Part shown: positions 44,482 to 57,500 of the stretch, piece by piece
Position numbering within the stretch: the first letter of the stretch is position 1
Layout: the number at the start of each line of letters is the position of its first letter
Source of the DNA: a virus
Lineage: Duplodnaviria; Caudoviricetes
IMG/VR virus record: IMGVR_UViG_3300032234_000392
Span: 1-64,000 of that record
Direction: 5' to 3' (one strand)
DNA: 64,000 nt
Translations under genes and position numbers: made by a program
Notes under the pieces: model-generated
What the model was told of the DNA's origin: nothing
Database searches by the model: none
Seen by the model: only the letters and a program-made list of their open reading frames with translations

Positions 44482-47121
44482 TTATCGTCTAATTCGTACC
44501 CTAGGCCAAACCTGTCCGGTAGTTGGTCTAAATTTATTATTAAATTTTGGGAACACATTACCAGCAATTTCGCGTTCTCGTTTGTAAAAAAGGAATAAAT
44601 TTGGAGCACCTTGTAGATCCTGTCCAGCTGTAGGACCACCGCTTGATGCTGTTAATTGATTAGATTTAGCATATGCTGTAATATACGCTTTGGCCTGCTC
44701 TTGAGTCATTTCTGGATATGTTTCTAATGCGCAGGCCAGCACCCCACATACCTGTGGACTTGCCATACTAGTACCGCTAAGTTTACCAATAGAAAAGCTG
44801 GCATTTCTAGGATCAACAACTCCAGACGGTAATGCACTAATAATGTCTGTTCCCGGTGACCATATATCAACCCCAGGGCCGCAATCACTAAATGTTACCT
44901 TTTGATCTATTTGTGCTGTATCTACCGCACCTACGCAGATATTTGGAATATCAAACCCTCCGTTGGCTGTAGTGTCGTTGGCGGTTGGGCTAGTGCCTCT
45001 CATATAATAATAAGGTTGACCGACACTACCTGGGTATCTATTAGCCATTTCAAAAGTATTATCCCAGTCTGGCCCACCTGGTACATCGTGTTTCCATCGT
45101 CCATTGCCAGCGGCACCAACATAGAGAATTCCTTCGTCTATGGCATCTTCAATATCTGAATCTAACGCTGCTACTCTTACAGGAATTCGCTGGCTGGCAA
45201 TAAATCCCCAAGCATTTAATTGTTGAGTAGTGAATCCACCACCAACAAGTTTTCTAGCATTAGTTCCTAATTGTAAATCTATTTGGGCAGGAATAGCTTC
45301 ATAAAACACATATTCGTTAACCATAGTTGGACTGCCGACATTACCAAACGTACTTGCAGCTCCTTCAACTCGAACTCTGTAGGTTCTATTAGGAGCCGTA
45401 CCTTCAACACCGTAGTAAATTCGTTGCACACTGTTGTCTGCACACGACCACATGATTTTTGGAAGATTAGGGTTTGAAGGTCCAAGGTTAGTATAGACAC
45501 TGGACCCGGCAGTAAATGTTAGATAGTGATTGGTACCAACATATATGGTATTATAACTGTTGCCTAGAAAAGAAATGTTAAATGGTAAATTAAGAGTCCA
45601 GAAGCCGTCGTCGTTGTTGCCAACAGTTGGAGTGAGGGAAAAAACAAGAGAACCAGGACCCAACAATGAATTAGTTATTGTAGTAACAGACGCAGTTGCA
45701 GGAGTTGATTCTGTAACTACAGTTAGACTCATAGCTACAGCTATAACAGGGGATGGTGCGTCTACAACATCTAAATTTGTAGTAAATGTAATGGTGTACA
45801 CTGCATTGTTTAACAAATCTACAGTTTGTCTAATATCAGTTTCAATAGTACCGCCTTGAGTTGTTTCGTCTGTGGCACTAAAAGTTTCTATAACAGTTGA
45901 GTCTTGACTAATAGTAATTCCGCTAAGTATACTCATAACCCCAGAAATAGCATCAACTGCAATATTTTTAATTAAATCGATCCTAGCTGGACCTTGCACA
46001 GTTATTGCATAACTAGATAGTGGTTCTGCAAAAATATTTAAAGATGTCTGTTGACCTTGTTGATCCCAAGATGCAGGTTTAGTAAGAATACTGCCTCCAG
46101 GAGGCACATACGGACCGGCTGTGGTAATTCTATTTCCGTGATTTTCAAGCCCAGCTAATTCTGCTAATCTTGCATTAGAAGTACACACACCGCTGTATCC
46201 AGTATAGACAGGCGCTCCAACATTAGGGGTGTATCTTGTTCCTCTATAGGTTACAGCAGTAATGTCACTTAAAGACCATTCTCCTGGAAATATACTCATG
46301 CCCCAACTGTTGTTAGTAATGGTTGGATTCTTTCTGCCGGTAGCAGGATTTATTGATTTAGTTCTATGAAATTCTCTTACGTAGTCCATTACAAAGGGAA
46401 ATGTATTGTTTCCAACAGCACCAGCATAGTAAAAGATATTATATATGTTGGCTTTTCTTGCCCATCCCTGTGTATTACCGGCAACAGTGCCGGCTACGTG
46501 AGTAGCATGATCGCTAGTGCCATATGTATAAGTACCGGCAGCTCCGCCAGTAACTTGCGGGTTATGTTGCGCCCAATTGTATTGAATGGCTCTACTTCCG
46601 CCGGTGCCGTCCGCATTAACTGCATATTCTGGATGAGCGAACCTAATGCCGTCACCGTCAACGATAACCACATCGACGTTTTTGCCAGTTTGTGTTAGAT
46701 TAATAGTTCCAGTCTGTGATGGAGTACCATTGGCCCCCCAACCTGTTCGTTGAACTCCTTCAACACAACGCAATAGTCCCCAATTTTTCATATCACTAGT
46801 AGCGTTAACAGATTTATCCCATGCTGTTGAAGTTTGGGTTATGGTAGAAGTGCCTGCTTGAATTCCCAGTTCTGACGGTATTAACTCTACAGATCGAATT
46901 CTAGGATCATTTTTTAATTCTTGAGCTTCCCAGTTAGTTAATCGATAAACTGTATTTCTACTAGAGGGTCTACGATCAGTACATTCAACTGCTCGATCAA
47001 TATCAGTGTTAGCTGGTGCATATCCCTTGGTTTCTAAATCTTCGTATATTGACAGCAAATCGTCGCGATTATATACAGTAACAATATATTCTTTTGTTTG
47101 AACGTAGTCTGCTAACGACAT
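44482..47121 (-). CDS. Subtilisin-like (S8) serine protease with a large beta-rich insertion
   Basis: VVIVDGDG (Asp), HATHVAGTVAG (His), AAGN, SGTSMASPQV (Ser); N-terminal prodomain. Confidence 0.85.
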   Translation of the reverse strand: MSLADYVQTKEYIVTVYNRDDLLSIYEDLETKGYAPANTDIDRAVECTDRRPSSRNTVYRLTNWEAQELKNDPRIRSVELIPSELGIQAGTSTITQTSTAWDKSVNATSDMKNWGLLRCVEGVQRTGWGANGTPSQTGTINLTQTGKNVDVVIVDGDGIRFAHPEYAVNADGTGGSRAIQYNWAQHNPQVTGGAAGTYTYGTSDHATHVAGTVAGNTQGWARKANIYNIFYYAGAVGNNTFPFVMDYVREFHRTKSINPATGRKNPTITNNSWGMSIFPGEWSLSDITAVTYRGTRYTPNVGAPVYTGYSGVCTSNARLAELAGLENHGNRITTAGPYVPPGGSILTKPASWDQQGQQTSLNIFAEPLSSYAITVQGPARIDLIKNIAVDAISGVMSILSGITISQDSTVIETFSATDETTQGGTIETDIRQTVDLLNNAVYTITFTTNLDVVDAPSPVIAVAMSLTVVTESTPATASVTTITNSLLGPGSLVFSLTPTVGNNDDGFWTLNLPFNISFLGNSYNTIYVGTNHYLTFTAGSSVYTNLGPSNPNLPKIMWSCADNSVQRIYYGVEGTAPNRTYRVRVEGAASTFGNVGSPTMVNEYVFYEAIPAQIDLQLGTNARKLVGGGFTTQQLNAWGFIASQRIPVRVAALDSDIEDAIDEGILYVGAAGNGRWKHDVPGGPDWDNTFEMANRYPGSVGQPYYYMRGTSPTANDTTANGGFDIPNICVGAVDTAQIDQKVTFSDCGPGVDIWSPGTDIISALPSGVVDPRNASFSIGKLSGTSMASPQVCGVLACALETYPEMTQEQAKAYITAYAKSNQLTASSGGPTAGQDLQGAPNLFLFYKREREIAGNVFPKFNNKFRPTTGQVWPRVRIRR

Positions 47122-47124
47122 TAA

Positions 47125-48312
47125 TTAGACCTCTAACTGTAAAATTGACAATGTTACAGTAATTGCTGCTGAACCGCCGCTTTTATTAACCACAGCTACA
47201 AAGATATCTGTAGTAGGACTATCATCTGAATTAAATCCTATAGTTCCAGGAGTAATTAAAATTGTTTGAGATCCAGTAGTGATAACTTCAGCAATAACGC
47301 CTGCTCCTGGTAATGGATCCTCTCCCTCTAATCTCGATGCATCGTTTGTTCTAGCACTAGAGCTAGAATATAATCTTATCCACGCGGCATGAGTAGAAGT
47401 AATTTTATAAAGTACGTATCCTTTAAAACCAGCAATTGTAATATTTCCTCTGGCTCCATTTGCTAAACTGCTTGTAGTTGCGTTTCTACTCACACGTGAA
47501 GATGCTAATCCATCTGCTCCGGCAGGACCAGCAGGGCCAGTAGCGCCAGCAGGACCAGTAGGACCAGTAGGACCAGCAGGACCAGTAGCGCCAGCAGGGC
47601 CAGTAGCGCCAGCAGCACCAGCAGGACCAACAATTCGACCAGCATTATCCCATCCACCTGCTACCGAACGTACATATAAATTACCGCCACCCTCTGTAAC
47701 AATCCAAGCATCGCCTGGTTGCGGGTTAGGCACTGTTTCTAAATTTGCTATAAGTTCAAGAGTACCTTGAAACCTAATACTAACCCCCTGTGGTCCAGCA
47801 GGTCCGGTATTACCTTGTGGCCCAGCAGGTCCGGTAGGTCCAGCAGGACCAGTAGGTCCAGGTACAGTTGATGCTGCCCCCTGTGGCCCAGCAGGTCCTT
47901 GTGGTCCAGCAGGTCCCTGTGGTCCAGCTGGTCCTGGTACAGTAGATGCCGCCCCCTGTGGTCCAGCTGGTCCTGGTACAGTAGATGCCGCCCCCTGTGG
48001 TCCAGCAGGCCCCTGTGGTCCAGCAGGTCCAGTGGGTCCAGCAGGCCCCGGTGCCCCGCGTTCGCCAGCACGCCCTTGAGGTCCGGGCGTTCCGTCAGCT
48101 GGAATAAATCGTCCAATTGATGAAATATATTGTAGAGTCTGTCCGTTTGTTGGTGGATTAGAAAAATCTATTGAAAACAATATATTTTGAGTATTTCCTA
48201 ACTGTGAATAAATTTCATCAAAGTTTGAATTAATTTTACCGGCACCTTGTCGTAGAGAATCTCCACTTCCAGTATTTGCTCCGGTACCTACATTAAGATT
48301 TTGTTTTGCCAT
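47125..48312 (-). CDS. Collagen-like tail fibre protein
   Basis: gp9/gp10-like N-terminus (GDSLR..KINSNF); two Gly-X-Y tracts. Confidence 0.85.
   Translation of the reverse strand: MAKQNLNVGTGANTGSGDSLRQGAGKINSNFDEIYSQLGNTQNILFSIDFSNPPTNGQTLQYISSIGRFIPADGTPGPQGRAGERGAPGPAGPTGPAGPQGPAGPQGAASTVPGPAGPQGAASTVPGPAGPQGPAGPQGPAGPQGAASTVPGPTGPAGPTGPAGPQGNTGPAGPQGVSIRFQGTLELIANLETVPNPQPGDAWIVTEGGGNLYVRSVAGGWDNAGRIVGPAGAAGATGPAGATGPAGPTGPTGPAGATGPAGPAGADGLASSRVSRNATTSSLANGARGNITIAGFKGYVLYKITSTHAAWIRLYSSSSARTNDASRLEGEDPLPGAGVIAEVITTGSQTILITPGTIGFNSDDSPTTDIFVAVVNKSGGSAAITVTLSILQLEV
47921..48006. repeat. Perfect 39-bp tandem repeat inside the collagen tract
   Basis: ggtccagctggtcctggtacagtagatgccgccccctgt twice, plus 8 nt of a third copy. 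Confidence 0.9.
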
Positions 48313-48320
48313 ACTGCTTA

Positions 48321-50930
48321 TTATCCTTGATCAAATGTTATAAAACTGTTATCAAAAAATATTGAATTACTATCAAAAGAATTTATTAATACCGGAGCTG
48401 AGTCAATTATTGGACTAGGTGCTGCAAGATTATTAATTATATTACGTTGCGGAAATGCAAGGTATTTATCTTCTATGGTATTGTCTAAAATGTCTATCAC
48501 GTATCGATCTGCGTGAAAGTCAATGGTTTTAAAATCAAATGCACTAGCTTTAATTCTTGCTAAAACTGCAGGAGAACTGTTAGGATTACAATAGCATAAA
48601 GGTAATGCGCTGACATATCCCGATTCTACAAAATTGTTGGGCTGAATACTACGCATCCACAGCGGTAAAAATTCACGATCTCTATCTCCTACGGTGGTAA
48701 TTCTTTTACGCATATTTTTCAAACTATTAGGAAATACTCTTTGATGATCGCTGTCGCTGACAAAAGGAATGTCACTGTCAACTCGAATAGAGTCGTAACT
48801 AATTAAAACCTTGCTGTTAATGTTGTTTGATAATTCAACAGTTTGACTAATACTTTTTGATTTTTTTTCATATTCATCCATAACATCAACATAGATAACT
48901 TCGTAAATTACTTCCTGTGTTAACGGATCTTTGGCCTGCGCAACTTTTACGTCCCCAAAATATATTCTTTTTCGATAGTGATTTCTGCTCATGGCCTGTA
49001 CATATTTCACAGCATCTGTGCTTTCAATGCCTGCAAACACTAAAATTTTAAGTCCAGTCTGTATGCCAAAGTTTGGATCGCCGTATCGATACAGATCGCT
49101 GGATCTAAAAATAGTAGCATCTGTGATAAAATCGTACCAGTCTAATCTTTTGGTTTTAGTTTGAAATGCTTTGATATAAAGATTAGCAAAAGTTTTTGTA
49201 TTGTCTGCTACTACAGTAAGAAAGAATGTTTGATTCACACTGGCAAAATTAATCGAATCTCTAGCCTTAACTGTAAACGTAAACTTCTTATCAAACGATG
49301 TGCTATTACCGTCAAAGTTGTCTGTAAAGTTTCTTGACGGAGTAGATGAATCCTCTTCTGGAGCAAGACTGTCTGTGCGTTCAAAAAATCTAGTTAGACC
49401 AGGTCCTGCATCGTCGGCAAATTGTTTGACCTTGCCTTGTACAAGACCTGTAGGCAAAAATTCTAGACCAGGCGGCAGTTTTCCGCTAACAAACTCATAA
49501 CTAACTCGTCCACCGTAGAGAAGACTTTCTGCTTCTAGATATTTCTGGCTGGCTTGATTTGGCTTGATGGTGCCTAGATCACTATCAGTGATCCAGGTTA
49601 TGGCGCTTTCGATTTCACCAATAATTTCTACAGTAAATGTTTTGCTAGCAGATGATGTACCAACTGTCCAAAATTCAGTGTCGGTAGGTAATCTATTTCT
49701 GTGATCTACGGTACATATATAAATTAAACCGTCAAATATTACCGCATCATTTTTAAAATAATTTATGGTAGTGTTCCACGAACCTCTAAAAGAATATAGA
49801 GTGTAGGCTAGACTACTGGGAAAATTTACAGCCCTCATAGTAAACGTATAAGTTCTACTAACACGAGATTGATATGGTACAGAGCCAGCAATTTCTCCAG
49901 TAATATTATCTAAAGTCATGCCGGGTGGAATTTCGCTGGCACTGCCGTCTGGGTTTGTAGGTAGTAGGAAGTAAGTAATAGTTCCAGTTAAAGTAGGCGG
50001 ATCATATACATCTAAAAATATTGTTACGTAATTATTAGCTCTAAATCTACCCAAGTTGCTCTCAGTAATCCAAATTGGTAATCTTGCACTGCTGGCATCA
50101 GAAGTAAACAGATTAGTGTCAACCTGTACTATTGAGTTGTCGGCTTGTAAGAATTCTTCAGTGACCACATAGATTTTAAATAATCTAGTTTCTGTATACA
50201 CACCGTCCGTGACTGCTACAATAAATGTATAGATTCTGCTGAGTCTTCTAGGGGTACGACTAGGTTCATTATAGTCATAGGTTTGATTGTCATAGAAAAA
50301 TGTATCAAAACCGTTGGAGCGGACTTCGACAAAATCTAAAGGTGTAACATCTAAAGGAGTGGTATCATAGCCGCCAAACGGATCTCTTAGATATTCTAGG
50401 GCAAATATAGGATCTGTAAATCCTGAAATAACACCGTCTATGCTAAGACTTAGTCCCGGCGGTAGTAATCCGCCGTTGGGTAGTAGATAAAATTCTAATT
50501 TACCGCCTGCCGACAGATCTGAATCTCGAGCTTCTAATTGAAAATTAACCTGTGCATTATCTAATACAAAGAAGGCCTCGGCCGGTCCTACATTTAGGAA
50601 TCCTTCTTGAGTTATCCACGCAGGAACGTCGCTGCCATCAACAGCAATAGTGAATGTACGATCCTCTATGTCAACGCCGTCGCTGGCTCGAATAACAAAT
50701 TTACTTTCAGTGTAAACTTTAACTTCTGTAGGAGAACCTTTGATAAAACCGTTAGTCTGTGAACTATCATAGGTATATTCGTTGGTTAATCGAAGTCCTC
50801 GAGGTAAACTTCCAGCAATTAAAGAATAGGTTATTGTTCCGGTGTCGGATGAAGCTTCTAACGGTATGTCAACAATGACACGTTCTGTTAGTAAACCTAG
50901 GCTGCCTGCAGGAGTGATCCAGGTAATCAT
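48321..50930 (-). CDS. Baseplate/virion structural protein with Ig-like (He_PIG-type) repeats
   Basis: Repeated WIT..G.LG and G.LPPGL.L...G.I.G motifs. Confidence 0.7.
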   Translation of the reverse strand: MITWITPAGSLGLLTERVIVDIPLEASSDTGTITYSLIAGSLPRGLRLTNEYTYDSSQTNGFIKGSPTEVKVYTESKFVIRASDGVDIEDRTFTIAVDGSDVPAWITQEGFLNVGPAEAFFVLDNAQVNFQLEARDSDLSAGGKLEFYLLPNGGLLPPGLSLSIDGVISGFTDPIFALEYLRDPFGGYDTTPLDVTPLDFVEVRSNGFDTFFYDNQTYDYNEPSRTPRRLSRIYTFIVAVTDGVYTETRLFKIYVVTEEFLQADNSIVQVDTNLFTSDASSARLPIWITESNLGRFRANNYVTIFLDVYDPPTLTGTITYFLLPTNPDGSASEIPPGMTLDNITGEIAGSVPYQSRVSRTYTFTMRAVNFPSSLAYTLYSFRGSWNTTINYFKNDAVIFDGLIYICTVDHRNRLPTDTEFWTVGTSSASKTFTVEIIGEIESAITWITDSDLGTIKPNQASQKYLEAESLLYGGRVSYEFVSGKLPPGLEFLPTGLVQGKVKQFADDAGPGLTRFFERTDSLAPEEDSSTPSRNFTDNFDGNSTSFDKKFTFTVKARDSINFASVNQTFFLTVVADNTKTFANLYIKAFQTKTKRLDWYDFITDATIFRSSDLYRYGDPNFGIQTGLKILVFAGIESTDAVKYVQAMSRNHYRKRIYFGDVKVAQAKDPLTQEVIYEVIYVDVMDEYEKKSKSISQTVELSNNINSKVLISYDSIRVDSDIPFVSDSDHQRVFPNSLKNMRKRITTVGDRDREFLPLWMRSIQPNNFVESGYVSALPLCYCNPNSSPAVLARIKASAFDFKTIDFHADRYVIDILDNTIEDKYLAFPQRNIINNLAAPSPIIDSAPVLINSFDSNSIFFDNSFITFDQG

Positions 50931-50942
50931 CTGGACTGCTCC

Positions 50943-51518
50943 TTAGACAATGCCACCACAATCGAGATCGATTCTGCCCGGAAGAGTGATAGTACCAAAG
51001 TCCATGTTTGAAGCTGCATACAATGTTTGCATCGAATTGTTAAACTGTCCGTTAATAACTCCAAAGTCGTAGGATTCTAAAATATCTGTAATAGGAATAA
51101 TTGTTTTAAACGATACTGTAGAACCAAAAGCAGTTACTTCGATATCTTTTCTACTGGTAATTGAACCTGGAGCTGCCGTGCCACCAAATGTTATGTTTTG
51201 ATTTGTACTGGCCTGTACACTACCAGAATCTGTGGAAATTCTAACAAATGCATCAGGAGCAGTGCTGTTAACTACAATAGTGTTACCGGTATCATCTAAT
51301 AACATTTTGGTTCCTGACACTAGTTTTTTAAACTGTAATTCAGCACCTACTTTGTCTTTAAAAACGCCTGTACCGTTAACTCCTAGATTAACTGCAGTAA
51401 TAGTTAACTGTGCAGATAAATTACTGAAGTTTGCGTTTACCTTTTGAAACGCGGTGCGTAGATCATCGCCTAAGCCGTCGTTTACTTGATTACCGATATT
51501 GATTGTTTGAACTGTCAT
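50943..51518 (-). CDS. Tail/baseplate protein with gp9/gp10-like N-terminus
   Basis: INIGNQVNDGLGDDLRTAFQKVNANF. Confidence 0.7.
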   Translation of the reverse strand: MTVQTINIGNQVNDGLGDDLRTAFQKVNANFSNLSAQLTITAVNLGVNGTGVFKDKVGAELQFKKLVSGTKMLLDDTGNTIVVNSTAPDAFVRISTDSGSVQASTNQNITFGGTAAPGSITSRKDIEVTAFGSTVSFKTIIPITDILESYDFGVINGQFNNSMQTLYAASNMDFGTITLPGRIDLDCGGIV

Positions 51519-51545
51519 AATACGCTCTCTTTAGTATATTTACCG

Positions 51546-52901
51546 TTAATCGTTGGTCTGTATCTGCTTCCAGCCACCCGAACCTAGTGACATCAATATT
51601 ACTACACCGTTAGCACTATTGCTAACATTTACATAAGAGTATACATTGCCCGGCCAACGATATCGATCAACATAAGTTTCGTGTGCAGCGGATGATGTTA
51701 GGATAACCACTTTTCCAATGCTTGTAATATTTGGTAAAGTTGCTCGACCAACACCACCTAAACTATTAGAAATACTGACACTTTCTGTTTGATGATTGTC
51801 TGTAATTGCTATCAAACTTCCGTCACCGGCAGAGGTTGCTACAACTAGAACATTTGCTGTATGCGTGATTAATTTTGTAGTTCGATATGCTGTGGTCTGT
51901 GTAGTTGCATCCCCGAATACAATACTACTATTTTCTGCACTGTCTAAAATAAATCTTCCTAGAGTATTGACATCTCCACCAAACTTACCACCACTCTGAA
52001 CAACTAACCATCCGCCAAAGTCGGTGTTTACTCCACTGTTATTGTTAGGCAAGGTATTTCCTACAAACATACTGCCTTCTATTTGTACACTCATTGTTCC
52101 TGTGCCGTTGGCACCAAATGTGAACAAGGCATTATTTGTATCTGGATTAGATTTGTAAATACCAGCTTTGTGTATAGTTCCAGTACCATCTGCAGATGTT
52201 GGTTTCCAATAGTAGTTGCCAGTGCCACCATCTATAGTAAGACTACTGTTGTTTACATTTATTCCGTTGAGCGTTGGAAGATTAGTCAATGCCACAACCG
52301 CTCCGCTGCCTGAATATGATGTAATACTATTTCCTTGGATTTGGAAAGTGTTTCCTTGACCAAAGGCTATGTTAATAGTTTTGTTGGTAAAAGAAGTTGA
52401 GCTTGATGCAGTAACACTACTACCTAATAAGTTTGTGTTGTCTGTTAGATCAGAGATATCTGTAGGAGCATTAGGAATGTCAGTGTAGGTTATGCGTTGA
52501 CTGATAGGTAGGTTATTAACTTTTAATGTATTAGTTCCTGGATCTAAACTCAAAGGTACATTGTTAATATAAATTGTGTTGGTACTTACATACAAACTTT
52601 TGAATTGTCGTGTTGGAGTTCCAAGACTAGCACCTAAATTAGTTTTAGGGACAATGTCCCCGTCTACTACAATTTCACCATTCACAGTGATAGGCTTATC
52701 AATAACAATATTGGTACTGTCATCAGTACTCATCGTGCTACCGGTAAATGTGAACGCACCTAAATTTAGTGTTGTATCATTTAACCCCAGTGCTGTATAA
52801 AGTTCTGTAAAGTTAGAATTTACTTTTTGGAACGCGGCTCGTAGGCTATCGCCTTTTTTATCATTAGCTGTTGTGCCTACGTTTATTGATTGTTTTGCCA
52901 T
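51546..52901 (-). CDS. Tail fibre protein with gp9/gp10-like N-terminus
   Basis: INVGTTANDKKGDSLRAAFQKVNSNFTELY; G/T/N/S-rich. Confidence 0.75.
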   Translation of the reverse strand: MAKQSINVGTTANDKKGDSLRAAFQKVNSNFTELYTALGLNDTTLNLGAFTFTGSTMSTDDSTNIVIDKPITVNGEIVVDGDIVPKTNLGASLGTPTRQFKSLYVSTNTIYINNVPLSLDPGTNTLKVNNLPISQRITYTDIPNAPTDISDLTDNTNLLGSSVTASSSTSFTNKTINIAFGQGNTFQIQGNSITSYSGSGAVVALTNLPTLNGINVNNSSLTIDGGTGNYYWKPTSADGTGTIHKAGIYKSNPDTNNALFTFGANGTGTMSVQIEGSMFVGNTLPNNNSGVNTDFGGWLVVQSGGKFGGDVNTLGRFILDSAENSSIVFGDATTQTTAYRTTKLITHTANVLVVATSAGDGSLIAITDNHQTESVSISNSLGGVGRATLPNITSIGKVVILTSSAAHETYVDRYRWPGNVYSYVNVSNSANGVVILMSLGSGGWKQIQTND

Positions 52902-52913
52902 TTATTCGCTCCG

Positions 52914-54524
52914 TTATACCGTTGCTGCTATTTTTGCTTGGAAGTCGCTGAAACTAGTGCTTGCCGCTACGATTGATTGCAGTTCTGTGAGATTAATTAC
53001 TCTGCTACCACGCAATAGGAATGTCTGCCCAACATTTAAATCGTTTTCTACATTAACATCTGAACTGAATATTGCTGAAGGAGTTATAGTAATATTCGAA
53101 CTGTCCGGTGAATCAATTAAACTGGTAAACAATCTTACAGCAGTGATGTCATTTTCTACAGTGACATCGCTGCTAAAAATTGTCAACGGAGTTATTGTAA
53201 TTGCTGACGAATCTGCCGAATCAATTAGGTTAGTAAATATATTTCCAGTAACTGTTCCAGTTAAGTTTCCGCTAAATGATGGTGCAGTTAAGGTGTTGGT
53301 ATCTGTTCTATATGACAAATCAACATCTGCTCTAACAGTTTGACCAGTAGTTCTATTCTCAACAAATGTTGGATAAAACACAGTTGTTAGTCCGTTGGTA
53401 TTTGTAATATTTAATGTAGACGAAACTGTTGCCGAGCTAGCATTACCAGTAACATTACCTGTCACGTTTCCTGTTAAATTGCCAAAAAATTCTGCATATA
53501 CTTTGTTTTCTACGGCATCAACAATCTTAGTTGAATTGTCTCCAAACACGCTACCTTTAATATCATGTTCTGGATTTACAGCTATAGTTAAAGTATCTGT
53601 ACCAGTAACTTTACTCAAACTGATAGCATAACCGCTGTTAATATTCAATGTATCACTAACAGAATCAGCTACAAGTCTGTTGGCAACATCGCCATCAACT
53701 TGAACTACTGCAAAAGAATTCTGTGCAGGCGCAGCATTGGTAACTTGAAATTCGCCAGTGGCCACATCGACCGACACAGTAATACCAAGACCTGCAGTAA
53801 CTGAAATTACTCCAGTGTTAGTGATTCTTAAATTATCACCAGTAGTGCCGCTGATATTAATACCTGTGCCTGCACTTCTGCCTAAAGGTAATGCAGTGGT
53901 ACTTTGTAGACTACGGACACCAGTATTAGAAACAGTAGCAGCACCGCTGACTGTAGACACACTTATTCCATTTCCCGCAGCTACACTTAATATACCAGTA
54001 TTGTCAATTTCAATACTATCGCTACCGGAATTGACTGCAAGACTAATACCAGAACCAGACATTAGATTTACAGTACTACCAAACTCAGTAGCCTCTACAC
54101 TAAGATTGTTATCAACCTGAATAGTTTTAAAGAATGTTTTGTTAGGATCGATAATCAAACTGGTGCCGATTCCTGTAAGTGGATCTCCGCCTATAGTTGA
54201 ACCAGCTGGAAGATTTACTGCAAATCCGATACCTTTAATCTGTGCATTGCCTAAGAACACACCGTTAGTTGGATTAGACAGAGTATGTTCGCCGGTATAT
54301 ACTGACTTCCATCGATTTGTAATACTTCCTAGACTGCGTAAATTATTTGTGGTTGGGGTAACATCAGTATCCAATGATGAAAAATCTATAGGAGTTAGTC
54401 CTGATCCATCACCTACTGTAGCCACCAATATATCAAAATTTTCATTGACCTTGATAAATGCTTCTTGAACTTCACTCCACAGTAAGGGAGGACTGCCTGG
54501 TGTAATATTTGAATTAAATGACAT
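52914..54524 (-). CDS. Tail fibre / virion structural protein
   Basis: EAFIKVNENF, GNVT repeats, duplicated IDS.DSS.ITITP...SSDV.VEND unit. Confidence 0.7.
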   Translation of the reverse strand: MSFNSNITPGSPPLLWSEVQEAFIKVNENFDILVATVGDGSGLTPIDFSSLDTDVTPTTNNLRSLGSITNRWKSVYTGEHTLSNPTNGVFLGNAQIKGIGFAVNLPAGSTIGGDPLTGIGTSLIIDPNKTFFKTIQVDNNLSVEATEFGSTVNLMSGSGISLAVNSGSDSIEIDNTGILSVAAGNGISVSTVSGAATVSNTGVRSLQSTTALPLGRSAGTGINISGTTGDNLRITNTGVISVTAGLGITVSVDVATGEFQVTNAAPAQNSFAVVQVDGDVANRLVADSVSDTLNINSGYAISLSKVTGTDTLTIAVNPEHDIKGSVFGDNSTKIVDAVENKVYAEFFGNLTGNVTGNVTGNASSATVSSTLNITNTNGLTTVFYPTFVENRTTGQTVRADVDLSYRTDTNTLTAPSFSGNLTGTVTGNIFTNLIDSADSSAITITPLTIFSSDVTVENDITAVRLFTSLIDSPDSSNITITPSAIFSSDVNVENDLNVGQTFLLRGSRVINLTELQSIVAASTSFSDFQAKIAATV

Positions 54525-57500
54525 TATGTTCTCCCTACCGCTATTTCAATTGTACCAATATGATCATTGTCGTAGTCTACTAGTGCTTTACCTACCACAG
54601 TTCCAACTTTGATGTCGTTACCTCCTGCTACTGCAACGCCTGGAATCCGTGATGTCACAAGCATCTCTCCTTTTGATATTTTTCCTACTACTCGACAAGG
54701 CACACGACCCTGTAGAGCTACAAGATTTTTAAGTCCTGGGCAACCTTCATACATGGCAAACGCAGCAGTGTTTGAAACAACACCCGCCACACGATTATCG
54801 CCTTGAATATTAGTTGTAGTAACTTCTTTGTCTCCACCGAATACCAACACAGTACCTACTTCGTATTCTTTATCGCCTTCGTAGTATTCTGCCAAGTCAG
54901 CGGAATAGGTTGCTTGCAATCTTGATTCGTTCGGTGATGTACCAGATAGCGTCCAGCGTCCTGTAATAGTACCTGCTGTGGTATTACCGCCTGTGGTCAA
55001 TGTTTGTGTCTGTACTGAAGTAGCTGTGACTGTAGAGCATGTTATTGGAGCATTAGACACACCGTTCTGTGTTTTAAATTCGTGTAGATCGTTCCAGTAC
55101 GCAGTTTTATTATCTGTAGGCAATGTTCCAGTTTGAATTAATACTCCGCCAGCTGTGTTAAATCCATAGAATCTATTATATCCGCCTGTTGCAAAAGATA
55201 ATGTATCTATGGCTAAGTTATTGTCAATTTTAATACTTTGTAAATCTGCAGTTCTTCCGCCAAAGTCACCAAAACTGTCTCTAATAATAATTTCACTAGC
55301 ACCTACAGTAGACGACGATCCCGCAGATCCTGCAACCACAGTGTAGTCACCGTCAGCACTAGAACTGATTGAGGATGTTCTTCTTAAGAAACCCACACTT
55401 GAATATTGTGATTTCTTTACAGCACCACCATCATCTACAACAGTTGTAAATGGTACAGCACTGACATTGGCAGTAGATAGTGTTGAATTACCTAAAACAG
55501 TTTTAGTAGCTATTTGTTGTAATTCGCCTAACGTAGTACCGTTATCTTTAAGTGTGACCCACCCGTTAACGACATCAAATCTTGCACTATCAAAGCTAGC
55601 CAATCCTCGGTCTGCCTGAGTAATTCCTGTAGCATCAGCTCTGGTAGTTGCTGCATTCATAGCCAGTTTACTCTGTGCTATAGCTGCAGCGGCATTAACG
55701 TCTGTATTGACAATTATTCCAGGTACCAGTTGAACATCAACCTGATTCAATGATGAGTCAACCCCTGTTCGTAATTCAAAGGTTACATCACCTATAACTT
55801 TAGCACTTACAGAATCATCACCACTTCCAGTAAACACAAGAATGTCAGCAGCATTCTTAGAGCCAGTAAAGTCCTGGAAGTTACTCCATGTTAGACTTCT
55901 TAGATTTACAGCATCTTGCGGATTAGTTGGATCTGCAAGTTGAATAATTGTATTCTGCCCTAGATCCATTGGAGCCTTCATGGCTAACTGACCGTCTAGA
56001 GACATAAATCCGCCTGTGACTAACGGAATAAGTTCTCCTGCAGGAACCAACGAGCCAGAATGGGTAATACCTAATCTACGTTCGATATATTTGCGTATGG
56101 CATTTTCTGTAGGTACAGTATCAACTGCGTTGTCTGTGAATGCACTATCTGTAGAAAATTCTGCTATTGGTACACCACGTTTAAAACCAATACCGTCTAG
56201 ATTACTTAAAGCAATTGACGCTGAGAACGTGACAGTACCAGTACCTTGGTCAACTTTGAAGAAAGGTCCAACTTTAAAATTACCAAATTGATCAGTGGTC
56301 ACATAGAAACAACGACCTACGTCTCTTTCTATTACCTCGCCTTCTTCATTAAGTGCATTTACCGACGGTCCATAAATTTCTTTTGGATAGTTAGTATCTG
56401 CATATGAACCAGTACCGATTTCAAGTAAGTCATGCCCTGTGACACGAGTCAACGCAATACGGATAGTTAGTGTGCCCAACGCACCGCTAACCCTGATAGG
56501 TACAGCAGATTTAATTGTATAACTTGTTTCAAATTGATTTAATGCATCTTCTAGAGGTCTATCAAGTGTGATTCTAGCATAGGTGTCTAAAGTTACAGCT
56601 TCACTTTCATAATTGCTAATTATGTATTCTTTGCCCAAGAACACAAACTTGCTACCTCCAATTCGAGATATCTCTTGTGCGCCAAGACCGACTACAGCAA
56701 CAGAAGTATCACCTACACCACCTGTGACTATTCCTACAGTCTGCACTCCACTTTGTGAACCACTTGTGTCTACTGCTGTTCCGCCCGGAGATTCACTAAA
56801 TCGGAAACTGTTTAGACCTAGGCCTGTGGATATGACAAAATATCTTGTTAACGCTGATATACCAGTAGGTAGACTGCCACCAGGGCTGGTAGTAAATTTT
56901 ATAACATCCCCAGCTACAAATCCGTGACTGTTTCGAGTTACTACTGCAGGTGATGCAATGCTAATGGTGCAGGTAGCTGCTGATCCGCTACGATACTCTC
57001 CTGGATTTGACACAGTTAAATCTATGTAGTTGTAGTTTTCACGTAGATTGGTCAGTGTTAGTCCTGCAATATTATATCGATGCGTACCACTACCGGCAGT
57101 AGTTATAGATACTGCGTTGCCTCCTTTGATTTCGCTAACAGAAAATTCAGTTTCTGAAAGATTTTCAGCAAGTACAAAATATGTAAATTCTGGGTTTAAC
57201 GGAGCAGGCAATGTACCTGTAGTAAAGAAATCTATGGTAAAACTTTCTTGTAGTCTATGAGTCTTAACCCCTTTAATAGTTAAGCCAGTGCCATTGCTTA
57301 ATGTTGGTGATACTCCTCCAGGACTTAAAGAAACTCTAAATTGATTGTATTCTGGAACTGCAGTAATATAGTAAATAGTACCAGAAATAAATCCGTTAGC
57401 AGTGCTAGTAGGAATAAATTGATCCCCCACTACCAATTTGTGATTTTGGCTAGTTGTACATAGGTTAGTAGCAATACTGGTTATTGTGGCCAATACTTTA

